NCBI GenBank assembly: GCA_963836235.1
Contig: CAWIIP010000002.1
Coordinates: 1,248,001-1,312,000 of the forward strand
Source: an uncultured Pseudomonadota bacterium
GTDB taxonomy: Bacteria; Oederibacteriota; Muellerivitia; Muellerivitales; Muellerivitaceae
DNA length: 64,000 nucleotides
Direction of reading: 5' to 3'
Shown: positions 11,084 through 19,532 of the stretch, one piece after another
Numbering within the stretch: position 1 is the first letter of the stretch
Layout of the letters: every line of letters starts with the position of its first letter
The notes under the pieces: model-generated
Database searches by the model: none
Told to the model about the DNA's origin: nothing
The model's input: the letters and a program-made list of their open reading frames with translations, nothing else
Translations under genes and position numbers: made by a program

Positions 11084-11857
11084 TTATTTCACTAGCCTTT
11101 TAAACATAGCGCGGCGGGACACCCAGACCATGACAAAAAGCCAAACCAGCAATAACGGCACTGCCTGTCCCGCTAGGGGCAACCCCAGGGTAAGGAAACG
11201 TACAATCGCGTTCACGGAAGTCAGGGGGAAAAACCAAGCCACCTTTTGTAAAACCGTTGGAAGGTTTTCAATGGGATAAAAGACCCCACAAAAGAGAAAC
11301 ATCGGAAAAATGAGCAAGTACTGCGGATAGGAAAGCTCATCAATGGTCCGGGAATAGCCTGCCGCCGCCAGCCCTATGGCCGAAAACAGGAAGGCGCCCG
11401 CGAAACTAACCGGGAGAAGCGTTAAAAGGCACCAGGGATGGAAATTCCCGGTCGTCACCCCTATCAGGGCCACCACTTCCGCCGCCACCGTGGCCTTGGT
11501 GGCGTCCCACAATAGTTCCCCCCAAAGTACTTCCGAGAGGGTGACGGGCGTGATGGCGATGGCTTGGAAAATCTTCTGGTAATACATGCGCACGAAGGCG
11601 CCGAAGGACCCCTCGAAGAAACCCTGGAAGAGGACCGTCTGGGCGATGATGCCCGAGAAAATAAAACTGCGGTAGGACAGGTGAAGCCCCTGTGTGGTAA
11701 TGTTCCCCACCAGGGCACCTACCCCGAGGCCAAAAGAAAGCAGGTAGAAAATAGGCTCCAGGAAAGTTGTCAGCAGGTAATAGACCAGGCTTTTCAGGAA
11801 GGCGGCGTAATAACGCCTCCAGACTCGCCAGATACCCCAAAGAGAATCGGGAATCAT
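11084..11857 (-). CDS. ABC-2 type exporter permease (NodJ-like)
   Basis: Six TM segments, 'EPIFYLLSFGLGVG', 'PMFLFCGVFYPI..LP'. Start moved to ATG 11857 (ATGA overlap with the ATPase stop). Confidence 0.85.
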   Translation of the reverse strand: MIPDSLWGIWRVWRRYYAAFLKSLVYYLLTTFLEPIFYLLSFGLGVGALVGNITTQGLHLSYRSFIFSGIIAQTVLFQGFFEGSFGAFVRMYYQKIFQAIAITPVTLSEVLWGELLWDATKATVAAEVVALIGVTTGNFHPWCLLTLLPVSFAGAFLFSAIGLAAAGYSRTIDELSYPQYLLIFPMFLFCGVFYPIENLPTVLQKVAWFFPLTSVNAIVRFLTLGLPLAGQAVPLLLVWLFVMVWVSRRAMFKRLVK

Positions 11858-12675
11858 AAACCCTCCACCCCCAGACGGCTTCCAGTCAGCTTGAGATAGA
11901 CATCCTCTAGGTTGGGACGCCGCTTCCAAACGACCCCCGGCCTTACTTCTTCTTCCACTTCTTCCCTGGCAATGTGTTTGGCGATGAGCTTTTCGGGCGA
12001 GTCCACATCTAATATTTTACCCTCGGACAGGATGGCAATCCGGTCACAAAGCCGCTCGGCCTCTTCCATATAATGGGTACACAAAAGGATGGCCGTACCC
12101 TGGGCCCTCGCTTCACTCAGCGCTTCCCACAGCAGACGGCGCACATCCGGGTCCAAACCCGTGGTGGGTTCATCCAAAACCAGAACCTGTGGCTTCGAGA
12201 CCAGGGCTCGGGCCACTTGCAGGCGGCGCTTCATTCCGCCCGAAAGAGCCTCAATGTTTTCCTTTGCCTTGTCCGTAAGCCCGAATCGTTCCAAGAGTTC
12301 TTGGGCCCGCTTTTTTCCCTCGGCGGGTGGAATCCGAAAATAACTGGCATGCAGAACCAATTGGTCAAAGGCATTGAAATCGCTGTCGAGGGTTTCTTCC
12401 TGGTTGCAGACACCCAGAGATTTACGGGCTAATTTGGGCTGGGAATGGACGTTGTGCCCCGCCACCCTTACCTCGCCACTACTAGGCGGATAAAAACCGG
12501 AAATGCACTGGATGGTGGTGGACTTGCCCGCGCCGTTAGGCCCCAAGAGGCCGAAACATTCTCCCGGCGCCACCTCGAAGGAAATGCCTCGCACGGCCTC
12601 CACCTCGGCCCCGCCATAACGGGCCTTATACCTTTTGGAAAGATTCAAAACGCTTAAAGGAGAGGCGGATGTCAT
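11854..12675 (-). CDS. ABC exporter ATP-binding protein (NodI-like)
   Basis: Walker A GPNGAGKS, signature LSGGMKRR, Walker B VLDEPT, H-loop THYMEEAE, C-terminal 'RRPNLEDVYLKLTG'. Confidence 0.92.
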   Translation of the reverse strand: MTSASPLSVLNLSKRYKARYGGAEVEAVRGISFEVAPGECFGLLGPNGAGKSTTIQCISGFYPPSSGEVRVAGHNVHSQPKLARKSLGVCNQEETLDSDFNAFDQLVLHASYFRIPPAEGKKRAQELLERFGLTDKAKENIEALSGGMKRRLQVARALVSKPQVLVLDEPTTGLDPDVRRLLWEALSEARAQGTAILLCTHYMEEAERLCDRIAILSEGKILDVDSPEKLIAKHIAREEVEEEVRPGVVWKRRPNLEDVYLKLTGSRLGVEGL

Positions 12676-12898
12676 GTTTATTCCTGGTTGAAGTTTGCGA
12701 CGGTTCGTTACTCTAAAGGGTAAAAAGAAGGAAATCTAGCTCACAGTAACCTCTCCTTTTTCGGGGCCCAAACCAACCTAGAAAACCATTGAAAATCCCT
12801 GTCTTAAACCCCATTCTTATTCCGCTGGCGTCTAAAAAGGCAGTCGCCCAAAGCTCAAGCCTTTTCAAAGGTCAATAAACTTCAAAACCGGATAAATC

Positions 12899-14599
12899 GT
12901 GCGCACCCTTGCTAAAAAGAAACTTCCTCCAAAAACCAAGAAACCCTGGGCGGATTTCATCGATGCTAAATCATTGGTGGCCACCATTCTGGGCGGGCTT
13001 TTGGTCTTGGTCGTGTCGTTGGTGTCCACCTATGTCATGGAAGAGAACCGGGCCAAGGCCGACCAAATCCGCCAGGCCGGTTTAGATTTACAGACGGCTG
13101 AAAGCTTGTCCCGTGAGGAGTCAACCCTGCCCGACGCTATCCGTTACTACAAAGACGCTCTCTCCAAACTTTCCAAAAAAGAGGACGTGTCCTATTACGC
13201 CGATGCCGAAACCGGTTTGGCCCTTTGTTATTTGAGCCAGGCGCAAAAGAACAAGGGTAAGGAGACAGCCTTGCAGGCCGTGGACGCCCTCAACGACGTT
13301 ATGGACCTTTTAAAAGTCGTTTATGGAAAGAACCTGAACAATCCGGATCGTGAAAAACTTTCCCGCGTGTTGAACGCCCTCGGTGATTCCCTCTCGATCC
13401 TTTCCGACATCAAGGAAACGGTGCCTGGCCTCGAGGAAAGTATTGAAAAGTACCATCAGGCTCTCCAGGCCGCCCGGGATCAAAAGGACACGGAACTTTC
13501 GGCTACCATCCTACTCAATCTGGGTACCGTTTATATGAAACTGGCGGAGGAAAAGGACCGGCTGGAAAACTTAAAAAAGGCCCTGACCGCGGACCAGGAA
13601 GCCCTCAAGTATTTCACGCCAAAAGACCATCCAAAAGAATACGTCAAACTTTGTAATAGCATCGGCAAGGCTTTCCTCAGCCTGACCGAATTTTCCCCCA
13701 CCTTAGAAAATATTCAATCATCCCTCGCGGCCTATGACTCGGCCTTAAAGGTGGCCTCCCTGGATAATGACCCCGAAAATTACGCCCTGACTCAAATGAA
13801 CAACGGAGAAACCCTTTCCTACGGGTACCAACTCCAAAATAACCCAAGAGTCCTCGCCGGCTCCCTTCTCGCCTTTCGCAATGCCTCCCTGGTCTTCAAG
13901 GAGGATACTTATCCTTATTATTACGCCACTATTCAAAACGACATCGCGAAGATCCGGAGTTATGAGTTTGAACACACCCGAAAGGGGGGTTTCCTAGATC
14001 AAGCTTTGGACGCGGAAAAGGAATCCATGAAAATATTTAAACCGGACACTTATCCCTATAACTACCTCACGATGAAATTAGTCTTCGGAAATATTTACGG
14101 ACTTTACGCGTCCATTAAAGACCCGAAAACTAATTACTCAATGGCCATTGGAAGTTATACCGACGCCCTCAACGTATGCACTCTTGAAAAATATCCCAAC
14201 GATTACGCCAAACTGACCTACGATCTTGCCGTGGTTTGCAGCCAATTAGCCCCTTTACAGGACAAGGAACAAAATGCCCAGGCCGCCATCAAGTTTAATC
14301 AAGAGGCGTTGAAAGTCTGGACCGTCGATAAATACCCGCTCGATTACGCCCATGTCCAATTAAGCCTGGGGAATGACTTTCTTCTCCTGTCGAAAACCTT
14401 GGGCGAGGAAAAGTTTAACGCCTATGCCCTGCAAGCCTATTCCGAGGCGGCGGCGGTTTATCACAAACAAAACCTTCTCACTGAATATCGGACGGTTTTA
14501 AGCCTGATAAGTCGCCTTAAAAAAGGAAATCCAGCGAGTAAAACCATTCCATCGTTTTTCACCCCTGGACCGATTTCACTTCCAGGCACCAAGTTATAA
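12899..14599 (+). CDS. Membrane-anchored TPR-like repeat protein
   Basis: One N-terminal TM helix, then about 46-47-aa helical repeats 'AL...T....P..YA..Q..LG'. Confidence 0.75.
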   Translation: MRTLAKKKLPPKTKKPWADFIDAKSLVATILGGLLVLVVSLVSTYVMEENRAKADQIRQAGLDLQTAESLSREESTLPDAIRYYKDALSKLSKKEDVSYYADAETGLALCYLSQAQKNKGKETALQAVDALNDVMDLLKVVYGKNLNNPDREKLSRVLNALGDSLSILSDIKETVPGLEESIEKYHQALQAARDQKDTELSATILLNLGTVYMKLAEEKDRLENLKKALTADQEALKYFTPKDHPKEYVKLCNSIGKAFLSLTEFSPTLENIQSSLAAYDSALKVASLDNDPENYALTQMNNGETLSYGYQLQNNPRVLAGSLLAFRNASLVFKEDTYPYYYATIQNDIAKIRSYEFEHTRKGGFLDQALDAEKESMKIFKPDTYPYNYLTMKLVFGNIYGLYASIKDPKTNYSMAIGSYTDALNVCTLEKYPNDYAKLTYDLAVVCSQLAPLQDKEQNAQAAIKFNQEALKVWTVDKYPLDYAHVQLSLGNDFLLLSKTLGEEKFNAYALQAYSEAAAVYHKQNLLTEYRTVLSLISRLKKGNPASKTIPSFFTPGPISLPGTKL

Positions 14600-14692
14600 A
14601 ACTCTGAAACCTTTCTAAAAAATTAAAAGGATTTTGAGAAACACCAAATATTCGTGTTTTAATAGGATTATCCGGGTTTTACATTATTCCGC

Positions 14693-14718
14693 GTAACGTT
14701 TTGGGGTCCTGACTCGTC
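14693..14718 (+). promoter_or_regulatory. Possible ECF-sigma promoter (GTAAC-N17-CGTC)
   Basis: Matches the generic ECF AAC...CGT consensus about 35 nt upstream of ATG 14752. Short motif, could be chance. Confidence 0.3.
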
Positions 14719-14751
14719 CAAAAAATACGACCGAAACTTAAGGGGAGAAAC

Positions 14752-15975
14752 ATGAAAAATCAAAAGGCAGTTCGTTTGATCGCTTTATTTTTATTCCTGT
14801 CACCGGCGGCTTTGCTGGCCCAAACCGCCCAAGACTATCAAGACCTGGGAAACGCGGTTTATCAAAAGGGTCTCTACGCGAAATCAGTGGATTATTTCAA
14901 GCTGGCGGTGCAAACCAATCCTAATGATTGGCAGTCCTATGAGGATATGGGCAACGCCTACATGAAAATGAATGACAATTCGGATGCCCTAGCCGCCTAT
15001 CAAAAAAGCCTTCAGATCAACCCGAACAATTCCACGTTACAAACTCTGGTGGATAGTCTAAATAATTCCGGAACTCCCCCTACCCAAACTCAGGACAATC
15101 AGAGCGTAGCGCCGCCTCCTTCCAATGGAGGCCAATGGGAAGAAAGCCAGCCCACAAACGTCATCATCCAGCGACGTCGCCCCTGGAGGCGGCCACAACC
15201 TGAAGTCGTTTACAAGGATGGCTTGGCTCCCATGAACCACGCCCGAGGTTGGCTTGATGTGGATTTAAGCTATAACTGGTCTAATCAGGCTGATCTCTTC
15301 AACAGCGTGACGAGCTTTAATAATTATTTGAATCAAAACCCACCCGCTACAGGCGTTGCCACGGCGGACCATGGTGGTATCGAAGGCGGCGCGGAAGCGG
15401 GATTCCTCTTAAATCCCTATAACGGAATCGCCATCGGCATTCGGGGTATTCAATCCAACCCCTTTCAATCAAACTTAAACTTGAACAACGGTGGGGATGG
15501 AGAAGCCGTTAATATCCAACCTTATGTGGTTCCACTCACGTTGGATTATTATTTGTTCCTTCCCGATCATGACGGCCGTTTTTTCCTGACGGCAGGCGTC
15601 GGATATTATTTCGCGGTGGCTTATGTGGACGACAACTATAGCTATGCTATTTTGAATCCGGCCATTGGTTCCGACGAAATCACGGGTAATATGTACGGAG
15701 GCAATGTAGGTTTCCAACTTGGCATCGGCCGGGAATTCGAGATCGGTCCTCGTATGGGACTTCGTCTCTTTGCCCGGGGCCGCTACTGCAAGATCACCAA
15801 TCTCAACGGAAACTTCGTGGATGCCAATGGCGTTCCCGACAATTACGGTTTGGTTATGTTTGGGAATGGCACGATTGGGGCTGACAGTACCAGCCGCATT
15901 GGAGCCGGTGGTGAACATTACGCCACCTTGGACTACACGGGATTTGAATTTGGAGTGGGTCTCACTTTCTTCTGA
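14752..15975 (+). CDS. Exported TPR protein with C-terminal outer-membrane beta-barrel
   Basis: AGGGGAG RBS, signal peptide (LLA-Q), TPRs, Pro/Gln linker, amphipathic strands, terminal 'GVGLTFF'. Confidence 0.75.
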   Translation: MKNQKAVRLIALFLFLSPAALLAQTAQDYQDLGNAVYQKGLYAKSVDYFKLAVQTNPNDWQSYEDMGNAYMKMNDNSDALAAYQKSLQINPNNSTLQTLVDSLNNSGTPPTQTQDNQSVAPPPSNGGQWEESQPTNVIIQRRRPWRRPQPEVVYKDGLAPMNHARGWLDVDLSYNWSNQADLFNSVTSFNNYLNQNPPATGVATADHGGIEGGAEAGFLLNPYNGIAIGIRGIQSNPFQSNLNLNNGGDGEAVNIQPYVVPLTLDYYLFLPDHDGRFFLTAGVGYYFAVAYVDDNYSYAILNPAIGSDEITGNMYGGNVGFQLGIGREFEIGPRMGLRLFARGRYCKITNLNGNFVDANGVPDNYGLVMFGNGTIGADSTSRIGAGGEHYATLDYTGFEFGVGLTFF

Positions 15976-16100
15976 TTCGCTTAATAACTTTCTTGTTAAA
16001 AAGGCTGAAATTTTAAGATTTCGGCCTTTTTAATTTTCGTTCAATGTAACTGGCCTCCAAAGAAAGCGTATAGCTTGTTAAGTCCGTAAAAGGAGCCGTT

Positions 16101-16697
16101 ATGATGAAACTCTTTCGAAAATCAGCCTTTTTCTTATTTGTATTAATTGGCCTCGCGTCCGCCATCCAAGCCAAAACCGAAATTGCCACCTTCGCGGGCG
16201 GATGCTTTTGGTGCATGACGCCGCCTTTTGAAAAATTGGAAGGTGTATTGAAAGTCACCGCCGGTTACGCCGATGGCCAGGGGGAAAACCCCACCTACGA
16301 CGACTATGGGGACAAAGGCTATACCGAGGGAGTACGGATTACTTACGATCCTTCCAAAATCACTTACGTCCAATTAGTGGACGTGTTTTGGAAGCAGATC
16401 AATCCCACCGATCCCGAGGGCCAGTTCGTGGACCGGGGGCCCCATTACCGGGCGGCCGTCTTTTACCACAACCTCGCCCAAAAGAAAGCCGCCGAAAAAT
16501 CCCGGGACGACCTGGATAAGTCGGGCCGTTACGACAAGCCTATCGTGGTTCCCATTAAGAAATTCACCAATTTTTATCCCGCTGAGGATTACCACCAGGA
16601 TTTCTACAAGAAAAATCCGGTGCATTATGAGCTATACCACATGAACTCCGGCCGGGACGAATATCTGGACAAGATATGGGGTAAGGGAAATCACTAA
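16101..16697 (+). CDS. msrA: Peptide methionine sulfoxide reductase MsrA with signal peptide
   Basis: 'FAGGCFWC', 'GQFVDRGPHYR', 'FYPAEDYHQDFY'. AAGGAG RBS and hydrophobic leader ending IQA. Confidence 0.93.
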   Translation: MMKLFRKSAFFLFVLIGLASAIQAKTEIATFAGGCFWCMTPPFEKLEGVLKVTAGYADGQGENPTYDDYGDKGYTEGVRITYDPSKITYVQLVDVFWKQINPTDPEGQFVDRGPHYRAAVFYHNLAQKKAAEKSRDDLDKSGRYDKPIVVPIKKFTNFYPAEDYHQDFYKKNPVHYELYHMNSGRDEYLDKIWGKGNH

Positions 16698-16708
16698 AAG
16701 TCTTTGGA

Positions 16709-17062
16709 TTAATGCGGATCCTGATAGAGGGAAGAATAAGGCATTTTTCTCGGCGCCAAAACCGAAGTGGGGCCATTTTTTGGCAAGTTGCGGATCACTT
16801 GATTTCGAATGGCGGGTGTCGGCGTCGCGTTAGCATTAGGGTAAAGTGGAATAAACTCGCTTTTCTTCGGGGTGGGGACGGGCTTCCGGACTCTTCTTAA
16901 CACACGGGATTTCGGAATCGAGGGCTTTACCGGCGTGGGAAAAATCGAAAAACCTGAATTCGGCGGTAAAGAATTTCTCAACACAGGAGCATATTGGGCG
17001 AATCCCATGCCTGTCACTTCCAACCAAACTAGGACGAATCCCCAGAGTACGAATTTATTCAT
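16709..17062 (-). CDS. Small exported Pro-rich basic hypothetical protein
   Basis: Signal-peptide-like start (GFA-Q) and low-complexity P/K/R body. Fills the gap between neighbouring genes. Confidence 0.5.
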   Translation of the reverse strand: MNKFVLWGFVLVWLEVTGMGFAQYAPVLRNSLPPNSGFSIFPTPVKPSIPKSRVLRRVRKPVPTPKKSEFIPLYPNANATPTPAIRNQVIRNLPKNGPTSVLAPRKMPYSSLYQDPH

Positions 17063-17155
17063 GGACCTAGCATAAGCTGATCCCTTGTGGTTTCCAGTTT
17101 TTTTTTATACCCTTGCTTCCGAACCGTTTGAACAAAACAAATCCGGACACCACTC

Positions 17156-17890
17156 ATGAAATCCTTTTTCCCCTTTCTTCTTTTATCCTTGTTCCTTGTT
17201 TCTGTTCCCATTTTAAATGCCCAGGAACTTTCAGGCAGGAACTCCCTCGATTCTTCAACCCTCAACGCCAAAGAAGTTTTTCACTCCAACTTGAGGGAAG
17301 CGGAACGGGGTGACGCAAAGGCCATGGGCGTCCTGGGACTGATGTATGAAAAAGGCTTGGGTTGCGAAAAAAACCTGGCGGAGGCGCTGAAATGGCTAAA
17401 AAAAGGAGCCCAAAAAGGCGACGCGGACACCGAGAATAACTTGGGGTTCATGTATTTCCAGGGGATGGGAGTGAAGGAGGAGGATGCCGAAGCCTTGAAA
17501 TGGTTCAAAAAAGCCGCCGCGCAAGGCCTTGCTTCCGCCGAGGGAAATCTGGGATTGATGTACGGAAGGGGAGCCGGGGTTCACAAAGATTACGCCCAAT
17601 CCTTGGAATGGTTCAAGAAAGCCGCCCAACTAAACGACGCTGACTCCCAGGTGAACCTGGCCCAAATGCTCTCTCTCGGGGAAGGCGGACCTCAAGACTA
17701 TATCGAATCCCATAAATGGTTTTCGCTGGCCCTCAAATACCACGCCCTGGAAAACAGCCAAGTGTCCGAATTAAGGAACGACATCGAATGGCTGGAAAAA
17801 CACATGACGGGCAAAGAAACCGAAGAGGCCAAAAAACGCGCCGAAGAATGGAAACCCGGAAGCGAATCGAAAGATGATTCGGAAAAATAA
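17156..17890 (+). CDS. Sel1-repeat exported protein
   Basis: Four repeats of 'A...LG.MY..G.G...D..EA.KW.KKAA.QG' plus signal peptide. Confidence 0.9.
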   Translation: MKSFFPFLLLSLFLVSVPILNAQELSGRNSLDSSTLNAKEVFHSNLREAERGDAKAMGVLGLMYEKGLGCEKNLAEALKWLKKGAQKGDADTENNLGFMYFQGMGVKEEDAEALKWFKKAAAQGLASAEGNLGLMYGRGAGVHKDYAQSLEWFKKAAQLNDADSQVNLAQMLSLGEGGPQDYIESHKWFSLALKYHALENSQVSELRNDIEWLEKHMTGKETEEAKKRAEEWKPGSESKDDSEK

Positions 17891-17976
17891 CTTCCTTTAA
17901 CCAAATATCTTTTCAACCGACTGTCCTTCCCTTTTGTGGAAAAACCCCTATCTTGATGTCATTGAAAGGAATTTAG

Positions 17977-18780
17977 ATGGATACCGATCCGAATAACCAT
18001 TTAATGCCGGTCGGCTTCGTGGGCCATGGCGCGCCCACTCTCGGTTTGGATAAAAAGGGTCCCGCTATCGAAGCTTGGAAAGTTTGGGGAAAATCTATTC
18101 CAAAACCCAAGGCGATTTTGATGGTCTCCGCTCATTGGCTGGAGCGCCCGGTGCATATCGGTCCCACGAGTAAAGCCGGACTCATTTACGATTTTTATGG
18201 TTTCCCGGACGCCTTGTACCAGGTGAAGTATTCCGCTCCTCCCGCCCCCGATCTGGGAAAAACAGTTTTTTCCCTGCTCTCCCAAGCCGGGTTAAAACCC
18301 ATTGAAAGCCCAAGCCGTGGCCTGGATCATGGTGCCTGGGTGCCCCTGGTCCATATGTTTCCGGACGCTGATATCCCCGTCCTTCAGGTTTCCATCGGAA
18401 CCCGTGTCCCCATGGCCGAGCACATCGCCTTAGGCAAAACCTTGGCTCCCTTACGGTCAGAAGGGGTATTCATACTGGGAAGCGGGAACATCACCCACAA
18501 TTTAAGAATCCTGAATTTTGCCGACCGATATGGGGATCCGGAAGGTTGGGCGGTGGAATTCGATGGTTGGGCTAAGGAAAAATTAGAGACTTTCGATTTA
18601 GGAGCTTTGTCCCGTTACGCGACCGAAGCCCCTTCCGCTCGAACGGCCCACCCTACGGATGACCATTACACACCTTTGCTGGTGGCGGCCGCGGCCGCGG
18701 GAAAAGATCCCGAGGTTACTTTTCCCCATGCCGGTTTCGAATATGGCACCCTGTCCATGCGCTGCGTGGAATTCCAGTGA
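17977..18780 (+). CDS. DODA-type (LigB/class III) extradiol dioxygenase, YgiD-like
   Basis: 'GHGAP', 'SAHW', 'YDFYGFP', 'RGLDHGAWVPL', 'GSGNITHNL', 'AHPTDDHY.PL'. Confidence 0.92.
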   Translation: MDTDPNNHLMPVGFVGHGAPTLGLDKKGPAIEAWKVWGKSIPKPKAILMVSAHWLERPVHIGPTSKAGLIYDFYGFPDALYQVKYSAPPAPDLGKTVFSLLSQAGLKPIESPSRGLDHGAWVPLVHMFPDADIPVLQVSIGTRVPMAEHIALGKTLAPLRSEGVFILGSGNITHNLRILNFADRYGDPEGWAVEFDGWAKEKLETFDLGALSRYATEAPSARTAHPTDDHYTPLLVAAAAAGKDPEVTFPHAGFEYGTLSMRCVEFQ

Positions 18781-18942
18781 CATTTTTAAAGTCTCGGAAG
18801 TTATAAATCCTTATTTTCTGACGGTTTAACTCTTTAAACAGACGGCTCATTTAGCCGTAGACTATCGTCAAAAGAAGGTTGGGAACCGCCGCAATTTGCG
18901 GTAAAATTCTGGTCGACTATCATTCGTTTGGAGGATTTTTTC

Positions 18943-19359
18943 GTGAAAAAAAGCATTTTCTTTTTAGTCTTATCCTTAACCCTGATGTCCTTGTCCCTGG
19001 GTTGCGGTTTATTCAGCCCCCAGTCTTCCAAGGTAACCATTGAGGTCAGCAATACTTACATTCCCACCAGCGGACAAACCGGTTGCGTTCTTTACGCGAA
19101 CGTGGATGGTGGAAACACAGTGGTCGTGGGCAACGGATCGGTTTATACCTTCCCTTTAGTTGATCCTGGATCACACACGGTTAATTTAAATACCGAAGGC
19201 AGCGCCGGATGCGGCACGGTTTGCACCATTGGCTCCAGCACCAACGGTAACGCCAATTACGCGGATACTTTCCAAACCAACTCAGGCAATCTCTATGTGG
19301 TTAAAATCGCCTCTGGTAGCCCCAACGCCTGTTCTGACTTAGTGGTGACCGGGCCCTAA
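18943..19359 (+). CDS. Small Cys-containing beta-rich lipoprotein
   Basis: GGAGG RBS before GTG 18943, lipobox LSLGC, four further Cys. Confidence 0.7.
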   Translation: MKKSIFFLVLSLTLMSLSLGCGLFSPQSSKVTIEVSNTYIPTSGQTGCVLYANVDGGNTVVVGNGSVYTFPLVDPGSHTVNLNTEGSAGCGTVCTIGSSTNGNANYADTFQTNSGNLYVVKIASGSPNACSDLVVTGP

Positions 19360-19403
19360 TTAGAGGTTTCTTTTCCCTGTTCGACTTTCAACCGATTCAG
19401 AAT

Positions 19404-19433
19404 GAAAAAGGGGCGGTTCAGGGTGCCGCCCCC
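19404..19433 (-). terminator. Rho-independent terminator of the emr operon
   Basis: GGGGCGG/CCGCCCC stem followed by a T run on the minus strand, between convergent genes. Confidence 0.55.
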
Positions 19434-19532
19434 TCTCTCTCCTAAAAATAAAGAAATGATTTTAACCGTTATCCGGTTCACGATCCCGGAACTAAAAAAC
19501 GCTCAAAAACGAAAAGGGTTTCCAATGCCTTT

